Source of the DNA: an uncultured archaeon
Lineage (GTDB): Archaea > Thermoproteota > Bathyarchaeia > Bathyarchaeales > Bathycorpusculaceae
NCBI GenBank assembly: GCA_963810275.1
Contig: CAWENF010000002.1
Coordinates: 64,001-128,000 of the forward strand
Direction of reading: 5' to 3'
DNA length: 64,000 bases
Below the pieces are notes generated by a model. It did no database searches and had not been told where the DNA came from. It saw only the letters and a program-made list of their open reading frames with translations. How positions within the stretch are numbered: the first letter of the stretch is position 1; each line of letters opens with the position of its first letter. Of this stretch, positions 19,733-30,210 are shown piece after piece. The position numbers and the translations under genes are program-made.

Positions 19733-21980
19733 AGAGTTCATCAAAAACATCAAAGCGGCGTCATCTTACAAACAGCAAATCGTGCACATGCAAGAAATCC
19801 CAATCCAAGAACCTATATACGGTGACCTCGAACGTGCGCTGCCAGAAAACATCCAAAACTGCTTACTTAACAGAAAAATCAGTTTTTACTCCCATCAAGC
19901 CCAAGCCATAAACCTCGCTCGACAAGGCAAAAACGTTGTAATTGCCACCCCAACTGCTTCAGGGAAAACCTTAGCCTTCAACATACCAGTCCTTGAAGCC
20001 TTAACAAAAGACAAGAAAGCAACAGCGCTCTACCTCTACCCAACCAAGGCACTGACAAATGACCAACTAAAAGTCCTAAAAGAACTTGAAAAAGAAACAT
20101 GCATAAAAGCCAAACCCAACATCTACGATGGCGACACCCCACAAAGCCAAAGAGCAAGCATTCGCGAAAACTCAAAAATCATACTAACAAACCCTTATGG
20201 TCTGCACCATTATTTACCTTGGCACTACAAATGGCGAACTTTTCTGCAAAACCTCAGATTCATCATAATCGATGAAGCACACGTTTACCGCGGAGTCTTC
20301 GGCTCGAACGTCGCAATGCTATTTAGACGACTAACGAGAATATGCAATTATTACCACGCAGACCCTCAGTTTATTCTTTCATCAGCCACTATTGCTAATC
20401 CAGAGGAACACGCCAAACGTCTTACGGGAAAAGACTTTGAAGTCATCTCAACTGACGGCGCACCGAGAGGAAAAAAGACAGTCATGTTTTGGAACCCACC
20501 CTTCATAGATTACAACAATACAATTCGCCGATCCACCCATCAAGAAACCAAAGACCTCCTGACACTTAGTGTTATGAGAAACCTCCAGACTCTCTGCTTT
20601 ACTACATCAAGACAAATGGCTGAACTAATCACAAAATGGACCAAAGAAGAGCTCAAACAGCGATCCCCAAGACTCCAAAACCGTGTTACATCCTACAGAG
20701 CAGGCTACCTTCCACAAGAGAGAAGACAAATCGAGAACCGACTAAAAAACAAAGAACTAATATGCGTCGTCTCAACCAACGCTTTGGAACTGGGAATAGA
20801 CATAGGCTCGTTGGATTCCGTCATAATTTCAGGTTATCCAGGAACAGTTATTTCAACTTGGCAACAAGCTGGAAGAGCCGGGAGAACAAACTCGGACTCA
20901 ATTGTAACTCTTGTAGCCTTCCAAAACCCACTGGACCAATACTTCATGAAACACCCCCAAGCTTTCTTTGGGCGCCCCCACGAACAAGCCATAATTGATT
21001 TGCATAACCAGCATATTTCTTTGGGACACATAATGTGTGCAGCCAGTGAGCTGCCCTTAGCAGAAAGTGACAGCAAATACTTCCCAGAACTTTTCTCAGA
21101 TAGCATCCAAGCATTAGAAGAGCAACATCTTGTCAGAAACACACCAAGAGGATGGGTCTACTCAGGAACAGCAAGACCAGTCGAGATGGTTAACCTAGAA
21201 AGCATATCAGGCAAAAACGTTACCGTCCTTGAAAATGGAAGCATACTTGAAACTTTAACTCTAAACAAAGCCTATGAAGAAGCCCATGCAGGCGCAGTGT
21301 TGCTACATCAGGGTGAAACCTACATTTCCGAAGAACTAAACCTTGCAGATTTTACAGCTAAAGTCAGAAAAAAAGACGTCAACTACTATACCGAGGCTCT
21401 AAAAAACATTGATGTTGCCATCAAAAAACCATTTGAAGAAAAAGAAGACAAAGTCAAAATTGGCCTTGGAGAATTAACAATAACCGAAGACTACACCACC
21501 TACGTAACAAAAACATACGATGAAGTAATCAAACGAGAACCACTTAACTTGCCCCCTCTAACTTTCTCAACTGTGGGTATGTGGTTTTTTATTCCAGACA
21601 AACTCAGAGCAGAAATCGAAGCTCAAAAACTCGATTTTGATGGGGGGCTTCATGCGGTTGAGCATGCGATGATTGCTATGTCGCCGATATTTGCCATGTG
21701 TGACCGATGGGATATTGGGGGATTATCAACTCCGCTTCATCCTGACACTGGACAACCAACAATCTTCATCTATGACGGATTTGAGGGCGGAATCGGAATA
21801 TCCGAGAACCTCTATTCAAACATTAACCCCCTATGGAAAAAAACACTTGCATTAATAGAGAACTGCGAATGCAAAGACGGATGTCCTTCATGCATTTACT
21901 CGCCAAAATGTGGCAACGAAAATGAACCGTTAGATAAAAAAGCAGCAATCATCATTTTACGACATCTCATTTCTAAATAA
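19725..21980 (+). CDS. MrfA/YprA/Hrq1-like SF2 helicase with C-terminal DUF1998 Zn domain
   Basis: TPTASGKT, DEAH, SAT, TNALELGIDIG, QQAGRAGR, CECKDGCPSC; probable TTG start at 19725 after a GAGG SD. Confidence 0.92.
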   Translation: MIEEFIKNIKAASSYKQQIVHMQEIPIQEPIYGDLERALPENIQNCLLNRKISFYSHQAQAINLARQGKNVVIATPTASGKTLAFNIPVLEALTKDKKATALYLYPTKALTNDQLKVLKELEKETCIKAKPNIYDGDTPQSQRASIRENSKIILTNPYGLHHYLPWHYKWRTFLQNLRFIIIDEAHVYRGVFGSNVAMLFRRLTRICNYYHADPQFILSSATIANPEEHAKRLTGKDFEVISTDGAPRGKKTVMFWNPPFIDYNNTIRRSTHQETKDLLTLSVMRNLQTLCFTTSRQMAELITKWTKEELKQRSPRLQNRVTSYRAGYLPQERRQIENRLKNKELICVVSTNALELGIDIGSLDSVIISGYPGTVISTWQQAGRAGRTNSDSIVTLVAFQNPLDQYFMKHPQAFFGRPHEQAIIDLHNQHISLGHIMCAASELPLAESDSKYFPELFSDSIQALEEQHLVRNTPRGWVYSGTARPVEMVNLESISGKNVTVLENGSILETLTLNKAYEEAHAGAVLLHQGETYISEELNLADFTAKVRKKDVNYYTEALKNIDVAIKKPFEEKEDKVKIGLGELTITEDYTTYVTKTYDEVIKREPLNLPPLTFSTVGMWFFIPDKLRAEIEAQKLDFDGGLHAVEHAMIAMSPIFAMCDRWDIGGLSTPLHPDTGQPTIFIYDGFEGGIGISENLYSNINPLWKKTLALIENCECKDGCPSCIYSPKCGNENEPLDKKAAIIILRHLISK

Positions 21981-22145
21981 ACCTTCCTAAAACAAAGAAG
22001 GGATCATGTCGTTGTGAGTGCTTAATAATTGCTTAGTTTGATTGAACTCTGCTTCAAGAACCTTATACATTGATAACAGTTTAGAAAACCTACATTTCCA
22101 AAATGGGAATAAGCGTTAAGTATGAAAAACGTTTTCAGAATAATT

Positions 22146-22274
22146 ATGGTCTGTTTAGAAGTAACCAATAAGTGCAAATGTGGCTCGGAGATTACTGAAA
22201 TGAAAGTTAAAGATGGGCATGTATTGGTTTGTTGTGTTAGATGTGGCAAGATTCGTTACAAATCATGGGGTTAA
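22146..22274 (+). CDS. 42-aa zinc-finger micro-protein
   Basis: Manual translation MVCLEVTNKCKCGSEITEMKVKDGHVLVCCVRCGKIRYKSWG*; CxC...CxxCG; TTAAGTA box about 30 nt upstream. Confidence 0.6.
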   Translation: MVCLEVTNKCKCGSEITEMKVKDGHVLVCCVRCGKIRYKSWG

Positions 22275-22356
22275 AAAGCCTATCGTATTCTTCAAATAAG
22301 AAAAGTAGCTGGAACTGATCCGCAAATGGAGCAAGTATGAACATGCTTATTTAACC

Positions 22357-22569
22357 CTATTCGTTGGTTCTTTGCCATAAAAGTGCAGAAACAAAACTAA
22401 GAACAAAAGCGGCTTCAGTTACATAGTCAAGTCGAATAGGTAACCACCAGGCTAAACCCCAATAAACTGAGTCAGGATTAACAAATTGAAAAGTAACTCC
22501 ATAAACCCAGACGGCAAAAGAATATAGACAAGATACCTTCCAAACATATCTTGGGATATGGACCAACAA
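22357..22569 (-). CDS. Small two-TM membrane protein
   Basis: Trp-rich hydrophobic 70 aa; GAGGAAGG upstream. Confidence 0.5.
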   Translation of the reverse strand: MLVHIPRYVWKVSCLYSFAVWVYGVTFQFVNPDSVYWGLAWWLPIRLDYVTEAAFVLSFVSALLWQRTNE

Positions 22570-22783
22570 ACCTTCCTCTTGTTCTTCTTATGTATGACTC
22601 TTCGATATAAACACTGCAAATGTATCATTAGAGAAGAAGCAATAGTGGCGGTTTAGAAGCTGAAGCTGGGTTTGCTGAGGCTTTATGCGCCTAAAATTAA
22701 GGAGAAAAAAGAAATGCATGAAACACATAGCAATAGCGCATGCGTAAAACTTAGCCGATTCCTCAGTTGCGAATATCGGAAAA

Positions 22784-23245
22784 TTATTGAGCGCTTGTTA
22801 TAATAATATTGAAGTTGAAACCGGTTATTTCTGTAACATTTGCGACGTTCAATGTTAGTATAATGGGGATCACTTCGTTTGCTTGTATTTTTTGATTTGC
22901 GTAATTCCATTCTAGACTTATGTAATTTGACGCGGCTATAGGATTCCATTTTGAAGTTGATAGTGATAGAGTGCATGTGCATGATTTTTCGTTTCTTATG
23001 TAAATAGTCTGGTTAACGTTTGACCCTGCATTTATTGTTCCCCATGAGATTTGCTGGATGCTTTCTTTGCATGACTTATCTTGATAGAGGCCGAAACCTG
23101 CTGCATCTATATTTCCAGCTTGGGTAGCGGGCAAAATGAGAGACATTATAATAATTGTGATTAAGCTGACCAGTAGGATTAAGTATACTGCTGCAGAGAA
23201 GGCTCTCAACTTTGATTGTGCTGTTATGGTTTTGTTCTTTGGCAT
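22784..23245 (-). CDS. Secreted or membrane-anchored beta-rich hypothetical protein
   Basis: N-terminal TM followed by an Ig-like-looking domain (ISWGTI...IYIRNE...YISLEWNY). Confidence 0.6.
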   Translation of the reverse strand: MPKNKTITAQSKLRAFSAAVYLILLVSLITIIIMSLILPATQAGNIDAAGFGLYQDKSCKESIQQISWGTINAGSNVNQTIYIRNEKSCTCTLSLSTSKWNPIAASNYISLEWNYANQKIQANEVIPIILTLNVANVTEITGFNFNIIITSAQ

Positions 23246-23411
23246 AAAGAATCATATATAACATATTGAGAAATAATACATAAGAGATTGTTGTAGCTTC
23301 AGCACACCCACAATCGCAAACTTGCTGCACACACCCACATCACATACCTTTTTTGCGAGCCAGAAAACATTATAAAAAGCAATAAAAAAAGAAAGCCCGG
23401 GAATGGCTGCT

Positions 23412-23720
23412 TTATCGCCATGCCCAGCATGGACCATATCCATAACCGTAGCCGTAGCTACTATAGCCGTAGCCACCCTGATAAGGTGCAGGGACGGTTG
23501 CGTTAACTCCAGCTGAAGGCTGACCTTGGTATTCTTGAGTTGATCCATACCCAAAGCAGCTACTCACCCAACCCCAAAACCCATTGTCTGACACTTGAGT
23601 AATAGGTGCTGTGTTTGTGTATGTTTGGTTTTGTACTACCTGGGCTGCTGCCAACCCAACCAGCGCCAAAGTTAACGCCGCCATAGCGGCCAAAACGATC
23701 ACGATTTTAGTTTTCTGCAT
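23412..23720 (-). CDS. Secreted Gly/Tyr-rich small protein
   Basis: Signal peptide and C-terminal GGYGYSSYGYGYGYGPCW. Confidence 0.6.
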   Translation of the reverse strand: MQKTKIVIVLAAMAALTLALVGLAAAQVVQNQTYTNTAPITQVSDNGFWGWVSSCFGYGSTQEYQGQPSAGVNATVPAPYQGGYGYSSYGYGYGYGPCWAWR

Positions 23721-24086
23721 TCTATTTCATCATCATATACTAATATAGTCATAGATTGGTATAGTAGTTGCCCGAAACAAAACTGAAACAGTCTGAAACT
23801 TTAACGCAATACTTAAAAAAATTAAAGATTTTGCGCACCCAAACTATCATGATCAAATTTTACATTTCTTATGGATTACATACGAACCGCTCACTATAAT
23901 GAGCTCACCAATAACAATAGGCTTACCACACTTAAAACAAAAAACAACACCTCTACTATGAAGACGAATCAATCACTTTTATGAGCTACACACGTTAAGG
24001 TCAAACAGAAACCCTCTCAACCCAAATTCTGCAACTTTTAAAGAAACTAAAAAAGGGAGGGAAAAATTTTCCCATTGATTTTTCAC

Positions 24087-26628
24087 TTATGGTCGTTTTC
24101 TCTGAGCTATCAGAAGGACTGCTGCGACAACGATGATTAGCACTATTATAGCGGTTGACATTGGGATGAAGTATTGGTCAGCCATTGATACTGGTGGAGC
24201 AGCGGTTGGTGCTGGAGTTGCCGGCGCTGGATCAACTACAAATGCTGAAACAGCTTGCGAACTGTAATAAGATTCAGATCCTGCAAATGTTGCATATAAT
24301 GTGTATTTTCCTTCGATTTCAGGAGTCCAATTGTAGCTGTAGAATCCTTCTGCATCACTCGTGGTTGTACCGATTGTGCGGTAGTTGCCGTTTGAATCTA
24401 GTACAGCAAGTGTTACTTCAACGCCAGTTGCGTTTGTAGGCTTAATTTGCTGTTGGTAGGCGTATTCCATCCATGCTTCCATGCTATCGTCAGAGACAGC
24501 TGGAAGTCCGTTTGGAAAGCGTGTTGTGATTATATCCTGTGACGTCCCACCAGATGTGTCGATGACTGTGCCCTCTATTAGTACGCTGCTGCCCTCTACT
24601 GAAACCTTCGGAGATGCTGAAACTGTGGTTGCTGTTGGTCCCTTGCCAAAGCTATATATCTGGTTATCAAAGCTGTCCCATGAAATCAAATAGCCGTCGC
24701 CTATGATACCAACACATGTGCTGCTGTATTGTAATATTCGCCATACTAGACTTCCATCAGTGCAGTTTATTGCGAGTCGATAGGATGGGTGTAGCGGTGG
24801 AGTGTACATGATACCTTCTGAGAGGAACAGTTTACCGTCTGCAACACTGTGTGCATTGTAGCCGAAAATTGGGTAGCTTTCGAAGGGGGTATCAAAGCCA
24901 GCATCGCCAGCATAAAATGTCCAAGCGATCTCTCCGGTTTCAAGGTCGATTGCATTTACGTAGCCTCCTAGGTCAAAGACGTATACTTTGCCGTAAGCAA
25001 TTTCACCATCACGCCAAACAGAACTGTCGCCGCCTCCTTGTAGTTCAACTGGGCCCCATAATTTTTGGCCGGTTGTTAGACTATAGCCCCATGCTAAGTC
25101 TCTATCTTTGTTATGCATGACGTAGTAGCCTTCGCGTGCGCACAGTATGCTTGTGTCTTCATATTGGGGTAATGTTTGGTTTATTGGTCCCCATAGTTTA
25201 GCGCCTGTTCTTGCATCGTAGCCTGCAACGTAGTGATAGCCAAGTGTGAATCCTTGATAAGAAACTGCTCCTGGCACTTGTCGCATGAGTATTACTTCAG
25301 GTGTTACTGCGGCAATGCTGAGTGTTATATTGTCACCGTTGAATGTGGTTGGAAGCGGTGTTTGCCACTCTGTCATTCGGGGATCAGAGCCGTTGATTGT
25401 GCCACTTGCGCGAATGAATGTGCCTGATGGATATTAATTTGGTGTAGTTGTACATGCAGAGATTGCCATCAGAAACGTAGTAGCCGATTATTGCTCCTTG
25501 CAGATCTGATTGAGTATCGATTAGCCTGCTTGTCCTAATAGTGTCAGTAACGTTTGCCAAAAAGTTTCCAGTGTATGCATCGTATATTCCCATCCAGTTC
25601 GCTGCACTGGCGAAGGTTCCGCCTGTTCCCGGTGAACTATATAGGAATGCGTTTGATCCGAACTCTTGATAGTTATTGTAGTTTACTATTTGACCCCATG
25701 CAATGGTCTCAATGCCTGATTTGCCCAAAGGTTTGTCCCATAGCACTTCTCCTGTAGTGAACGTCTACGGCTCTCCAGCCTATCGCGATTAGAATTTGGA
25801 CTGCCATCATATACATTATAATAGAGTATTCCGTTGAGGATACATATTGGGTTAAAGTACGTTTGAATTAGCGAGACCGAACTGTATGCAGTGGATGAAT
25901 CGCTTGCTATGGGTGATCCTGGTTGACCTCCGAATTGAGTTGGTTTTGTCCAAACGATGTGAGCAGAGTTTGGTGCTGGACCATCTGGCAAGACGTTTCC
26001 ACTCGCATCATATCCACCAGAGCCGGCTACTCCAAACCAGTTAGCTCCTATTTGTCCCCATTGCCAGTTAGTTGCAAATATTGGGCGTACCCAGTATTCA
26101 GTTGGAAGCGGAGGAGTTTGATATATTGGGTTTACTTCATCTTCAGTTACTGTCAGAGTCTTTATGCTACTTTCAGATGGCAACATATTCACTCCCAATC
26201 AGATCTCGACTGTTTCGACTTAGGGTGGGATTATCTGGATTAGTGCCTGTTAATACTTGTCCAGGATAAAAGGCTTGCAAAGTGTAATTGCCGACTGTAT
26301 CGGGTGTGAAACTATAAATTACACCTGCAACTGGGCTTGCCATCCATGGTCCATAAGTGCTTTTTTGTCCATTAGGGTCTGTTATTTCGAGAGTTATGCC
26401 TTCATAGAGATCGCCGGTGTAACCCCCGCCGGTGGGTGTGGGTTTGCTAAAAGTGATGCCAATATAAACGCTTTGTCCAACGCCTACAGGGTCAGGTGAA
26501 GCTGTGATAAATAAGAAGGTTGGAATTTCAATAGCCTGTGTAGGAGTAAAAGTTGCCGCAGCAGAAAGCGTCAATAGCAGAATTAAAGCAATAGTAAAAA
26601 GTTTGTTTTTTTCATTCAAAATTTTCAT
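24087..26628 (-). CDS. Large PQQ-like beta-propeller surface protein, split by 3 frameshifts
   Basis: Consecutive ORFs 26628-26173, 26198-25686, 25746-25384 and 25376-24087 form signal peptide, PLPTEYWVRPI, repeated TG..LW blades and a C-terminal TM with RKRP; colinear with 56993-59526. Confidence 0.85.
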
Positions 26629-26876
26629 TCTCCATTTATTTTAGTCTATAATGTATAGACCTTTTCTCATTTCCAAAGATACTCTAATAAAATCTTGTTT
26701 TAATAGTCTAATAATACAGAGAGAACGATAAACGTGATATCATTACTGAGTGGTTGCATTTTGCCTAAAGATACGGTTGTCTTTTCTAGAAAAGAATTTT
26801 TAAATCGATCTCATAGCAAGCTATCATTAGTTAATTTAATATATTCAAATTAACGATAGAAAGTTGGGGAGTTTTA

Positions 26877-27695
26877 TTGCAGAATTCAGAAAATGAGATG
26901 AATGCAAAAATACCACCCTTTACGAAGAACGAAGGCTTACAATATTTAATCCAAATTGGCCTAACCCGATTACAGGCCAAAGTATACCTTAATCTTTTGC
27001 TTTATGGCAAAGCTGAAGCTCGTATTATCGCCTATTGGGCAAGCGCCCCAAGAACAGAAGTCTATAGAGCATTGAATGAACTTCAGGAAAACGGCTTGGT
27101 TGATAGAGAGTTAGGTAGCCCGTTAAAGTTTACGGCGGTTCCTCCTTCCATGGGATTACAGGTATTTATTGATCGAAAACTTCATGCAATTAACCAACAA
27201 CAAAGAATTTTAGAAAAATTTTCTCTAGAGGTTAATTGCAGCCAAGAAAATACCGAAGAAAGAGAATACAAAATAATTTCAATCGAAGGAAAGAGAAGAA
27301 TTATAGAAAAAATCAAGCAGCAACATGACGATGCTAGATCATCGGTTGATATTGTATCATATTTACCAAGATTTCTTCACATTGCCAATCACTGCATGGA
27401 AAATTACAACCAAGCCATAAAAAGAGGTGTAAAATATAGAATAATACTTGGAATACCTAACAACTTGCAAGACCTACCTCCTGAAATAAAAAAGGCACAT
27501 AACAACGAAAACACTACAATAAAAAAAATTGCGGGGTGTTTACGATTAAACTCAGCGATTTACGATAAAAAACAAATAAACTTCAGCTACTACCCCGATA
27601 GAAATATTTTAGAATCGCCACTAATAATAACTAACCATCCATGCATCGTTGGTTTTGCGCTAAACTCATTTCAAAAAATGTGGGATTTAAATTGA
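26877..27695 (+). CDS. TrmB-family transcriptional regulator
   Basis: GLTRLQAKVYLNLL...PRTEVYRALNELQENGLV wHTH plus PLD-like effector domain; divergent from the propeller gene. Confidence 0.88.
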   Translation: MQNSENEMNAKIPPFTKNEGLQYLIQIGLTRLQAKVYLNLLLYGKAEARIIAYWASAPRTEVYRALNELQENGLVDRELGSPLKFTAVPPSMGLQVFIDRKLHAINQQQRILEKFSLEVNCSQENTEEREYKIISIEGKRRIIEKIKQQHDDARSSVDIVSYLPRFLHIANHCMENYNQAIKRGVKYRIILGIPNNLQDLPPEIKKAHNNENTTIKKIAGCLRLNSAIYDKKQINFSYYPDRNILESPLIITNHPCIVGFALNSFQKMWDLN

Positions 27696-27968
27696 GATCC
27701 AGTAGCTTGTGTCCACACTTCTCTAATATTACTTTATCAGACTTGGCGTTTAAATTCAAGATAGCAGCATGCTACCATACATTTTAACTGAACCACTTAG
27801 CATTAACAAATTCCACCTGCTTCAGCGATAATAAACTTGAACCCAACTTTTTCCTTTAATTGATTTAATAGCTCCAACTTCAAATTCTATTAACCCAGCT
27901 ACAGAATCGTTACCTTTCCATCCTTCTTTTATGCGGTCATACATCCAATTTGATTGTCAATATCGTAT

Positions 27969-29388
27969 TCATCTCGAGATGACAGTTAAGAATGGTTCTT
28001 GCTCCATCTGCACGGTTGCAAACACCGCTAACGCAATGCTCCAAAAGACATCGTCATGGGTGCCGTTAGGATGCGAGTACCCTATTGTCTTGTCCTTACG
28101 TAAGTCATAACGTTCAACATTTAACTCAGCGCAGAGGTCACCTCTGTAAGGTCGCTCCCAGCTAAGCAACGGATAGTAAAATTGCTTGTTCAACATGCGC
28201 TGCTTAAGCAAACTCGCCATTTCACTCTTGCGAGACACACTAAAGTTTACACCCTCAGCGTTATCTATCCCAGCCGTTTCCATGTCAGCAATAATAGACG
28301 GCCCTTCCCGAGTGAAATCAACTCTGATTTTCTGAAAGCCACCCCACCTATCCTGAAGCGCTTTGAGGTAACCAAGAACTTGAGCATAGAGTGTTGGCTG
28401 CTGAAAAATCTTAAGGTGCCTGAGAAACAGCTTATCATTTAGGCGTTCAACTACTGAGAGAACACAGTAATCTCGGGTTTGCGCCAAGTCAAGCCCAGCA
28501 AAAAACTCCCCTTCAAAGCTAGCTTCAGGGTTGAACTCCTGCAAATCAGCGCCGCAATTTTTGACCGTACCCACGCAAGCCACAATCAAACTTTGAGAAA
28601 GCCAAACATCTTCATCCTCAACCCACTCAGCTTCCATTTCCCGACTCCAACGCTGCGGATCATCACCGAACTGACGCTTAATCTTCTCAACAATCGCAAG
28701 CTTAAGCGGACCATTAGGTTCAAGGGCATCACTCCATCGAACATGCGATCTGGCGAAATCAGAATAAGTCTTTGTGGTTGCACATCTTCCAAAACAGCGA
28801 ATCTGTATTCCAAGGAGTTGATGTTGCGATTAGTTTGCCGTCAGTTGTCCCAAGCGTAAACAGGATAGCATCATAAAGCTCCTCGTCATCAGGCACGAAG
28901 TTAGCTTCTTCAATCCAGATAACCTTGAATGTAGGTCCTCTGATTGTATCAGGATTGTTGGGGAAGGCTTCAATCATACTGCCATTTGGCAGACTAATCT
29001 TTGTTTTCTGGATGTGCAAGCCGGGTTGCTGCGGAAGCTTTCGACAGAAACCGCCCATGCGGCGTATGTTGAGTTTGGTTTGGCGCCAGCTTGGACCAAC
29101 AATAGCTATGTAGCTGTCGTGGTGCTCCCAGGCATACTTGAGAAGTAGAGCAGAAACCGAAAAGCTCTTCCCGGTTTGACGTGCCCAACGCACAGCTGTA
29201 AACTGATTTTTCTCAAACATATTCGCAAGCTCAAGTTGATAGCTGTAAGGCGTAAACCCAAAGACTTGTTCAAAGAAGCTCTTAACATCGCCCCGTAAGC
29301 TTTTGGCTTTGCACTCAGTCTGCTGTTGAGCTTCCGCTATATCACACCAAAGCCCCGCACGCTCCTCAAAGAGCCTATCTTTATGCAT
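27969..29388 (-). CDS. terL: Phage-type terminase large subunit, one frameshift near 28765
   Basis: TPYSYQ, Walker A WARQTGKS, IRGPT, Walker B VIWIEEA, coupling TSTP; nuclease AGLDLAQTRD and HDDVFWSIALA. Removing one T restores KDYSDFAR. Confidence 0.88.
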
Positions 29389-29833
29389 TGCCCTCGCACT
29401 TTTTGCATAATTCCGCAATTTTTTCTCTCGCATCCAGCAATTCCTCTTCAAGTTCACGATAACGCACGTACTCGGCGAACAGTTCCTGATACATTTTAGC
29501 ACCAGCTATAATGCCACGTAAACGTAAAATCTCAATTCGATCCAGCCCCGGCATCTTTAGAGCCTCCAAAGCCGCAGCCAACATCTTTAGAGTCTCCTCG
29601 ATGCTGGGCAACTCTTTTGGGATTTCAAGTTGGGTAGAACAACAACAAGTAGAATTTTTTGGATGTTGTTGTTCTCTCACAAGCCCCAATTTTATAAGCT
29701 TTTGCCGAATCGCCTCTTCCGTATATTCCCCATCAAAACTAAACGCTAAAACACCAAAATCAATTATCCCCGAACTAAACCAATCCCTGAGTCTACGTTC
29801 ATCATCTACAGGCCAGGGTTTGCCCTTTGTCAC
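29381..29833 (-). CDS. Putative terminase small subunit (helical DNA-binding protein with coiled coil)
   Basis: MTKGKPWPVDDERRL...TEEAIRQKLIKLGL Myb/HTH-like start; overlaps the terL start by 8 nt; call rests mainly on position. Confidence 0.55.
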   Translation of the reverse strand: MTKGKPWPVDDERRLRDWFSSGIIDFGVLAFSFDGEYTEEAIRQKLIKLGLVREQQHPKNSTCCCSTQLEIPKELPSIEETLKMLAAALEALKMPGLDRIEILRLRGIIAGAKMYQELFAEYVRYRELEEELLDAREKIAELCKKCEGNA

Positions 29834-29955
29834 ATTTTTTGCCCCACAAACAATCCAAAGTTCGTGCCGTGTGGACCAGTAGTTGAGGTGAAAACTTCGC
29901 CAGCAAAATTGTGCAATAACGCTATTCCTTCAAAGTTTTCAAACCATTTTTTCAT
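29830..29955 (-). CDS. 41-aa leader ORF coupled to the terminase operon
   Basis: AGGTGAG SD; MKKWFENFEGIALLHNFAGEVFTSTTGPHGTNFGLFVGQKM*; stop overlaps the GTG of the next gene. Confidence 0.45.
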   Translation of the reverse strand: MKKWFENFEGIALLHNFAGEVFTSTTGPHGTNFGLFVGQKM

Positions 29956-30210
29956 CTTAATAACTCACCTTATGTTTTTGCCACGGCCCACTTTTAGCCA
30001 TATATAATATTGTGATAAACGAAAGCAGATATAGCTTATTACCCTAAAAGTGATAATAACCTTTATATGGGACCAATAACGGCAACAGATTTTTCCATCG
30101 TTTTAGAGAAAGCCATTGATCTCATGAAACTAATGCAACCCTAAACAACTTAGAGCATACTTTATGAGGAACGAAGCGAATTTTTAAGGAAAAACTCGCA
30201 GTGATTTGAT

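Noticed and set aside
27720-27960. Possible portal gene remnant downstream of terL
   Set aside because: Only a short ORF with no portal-like features.
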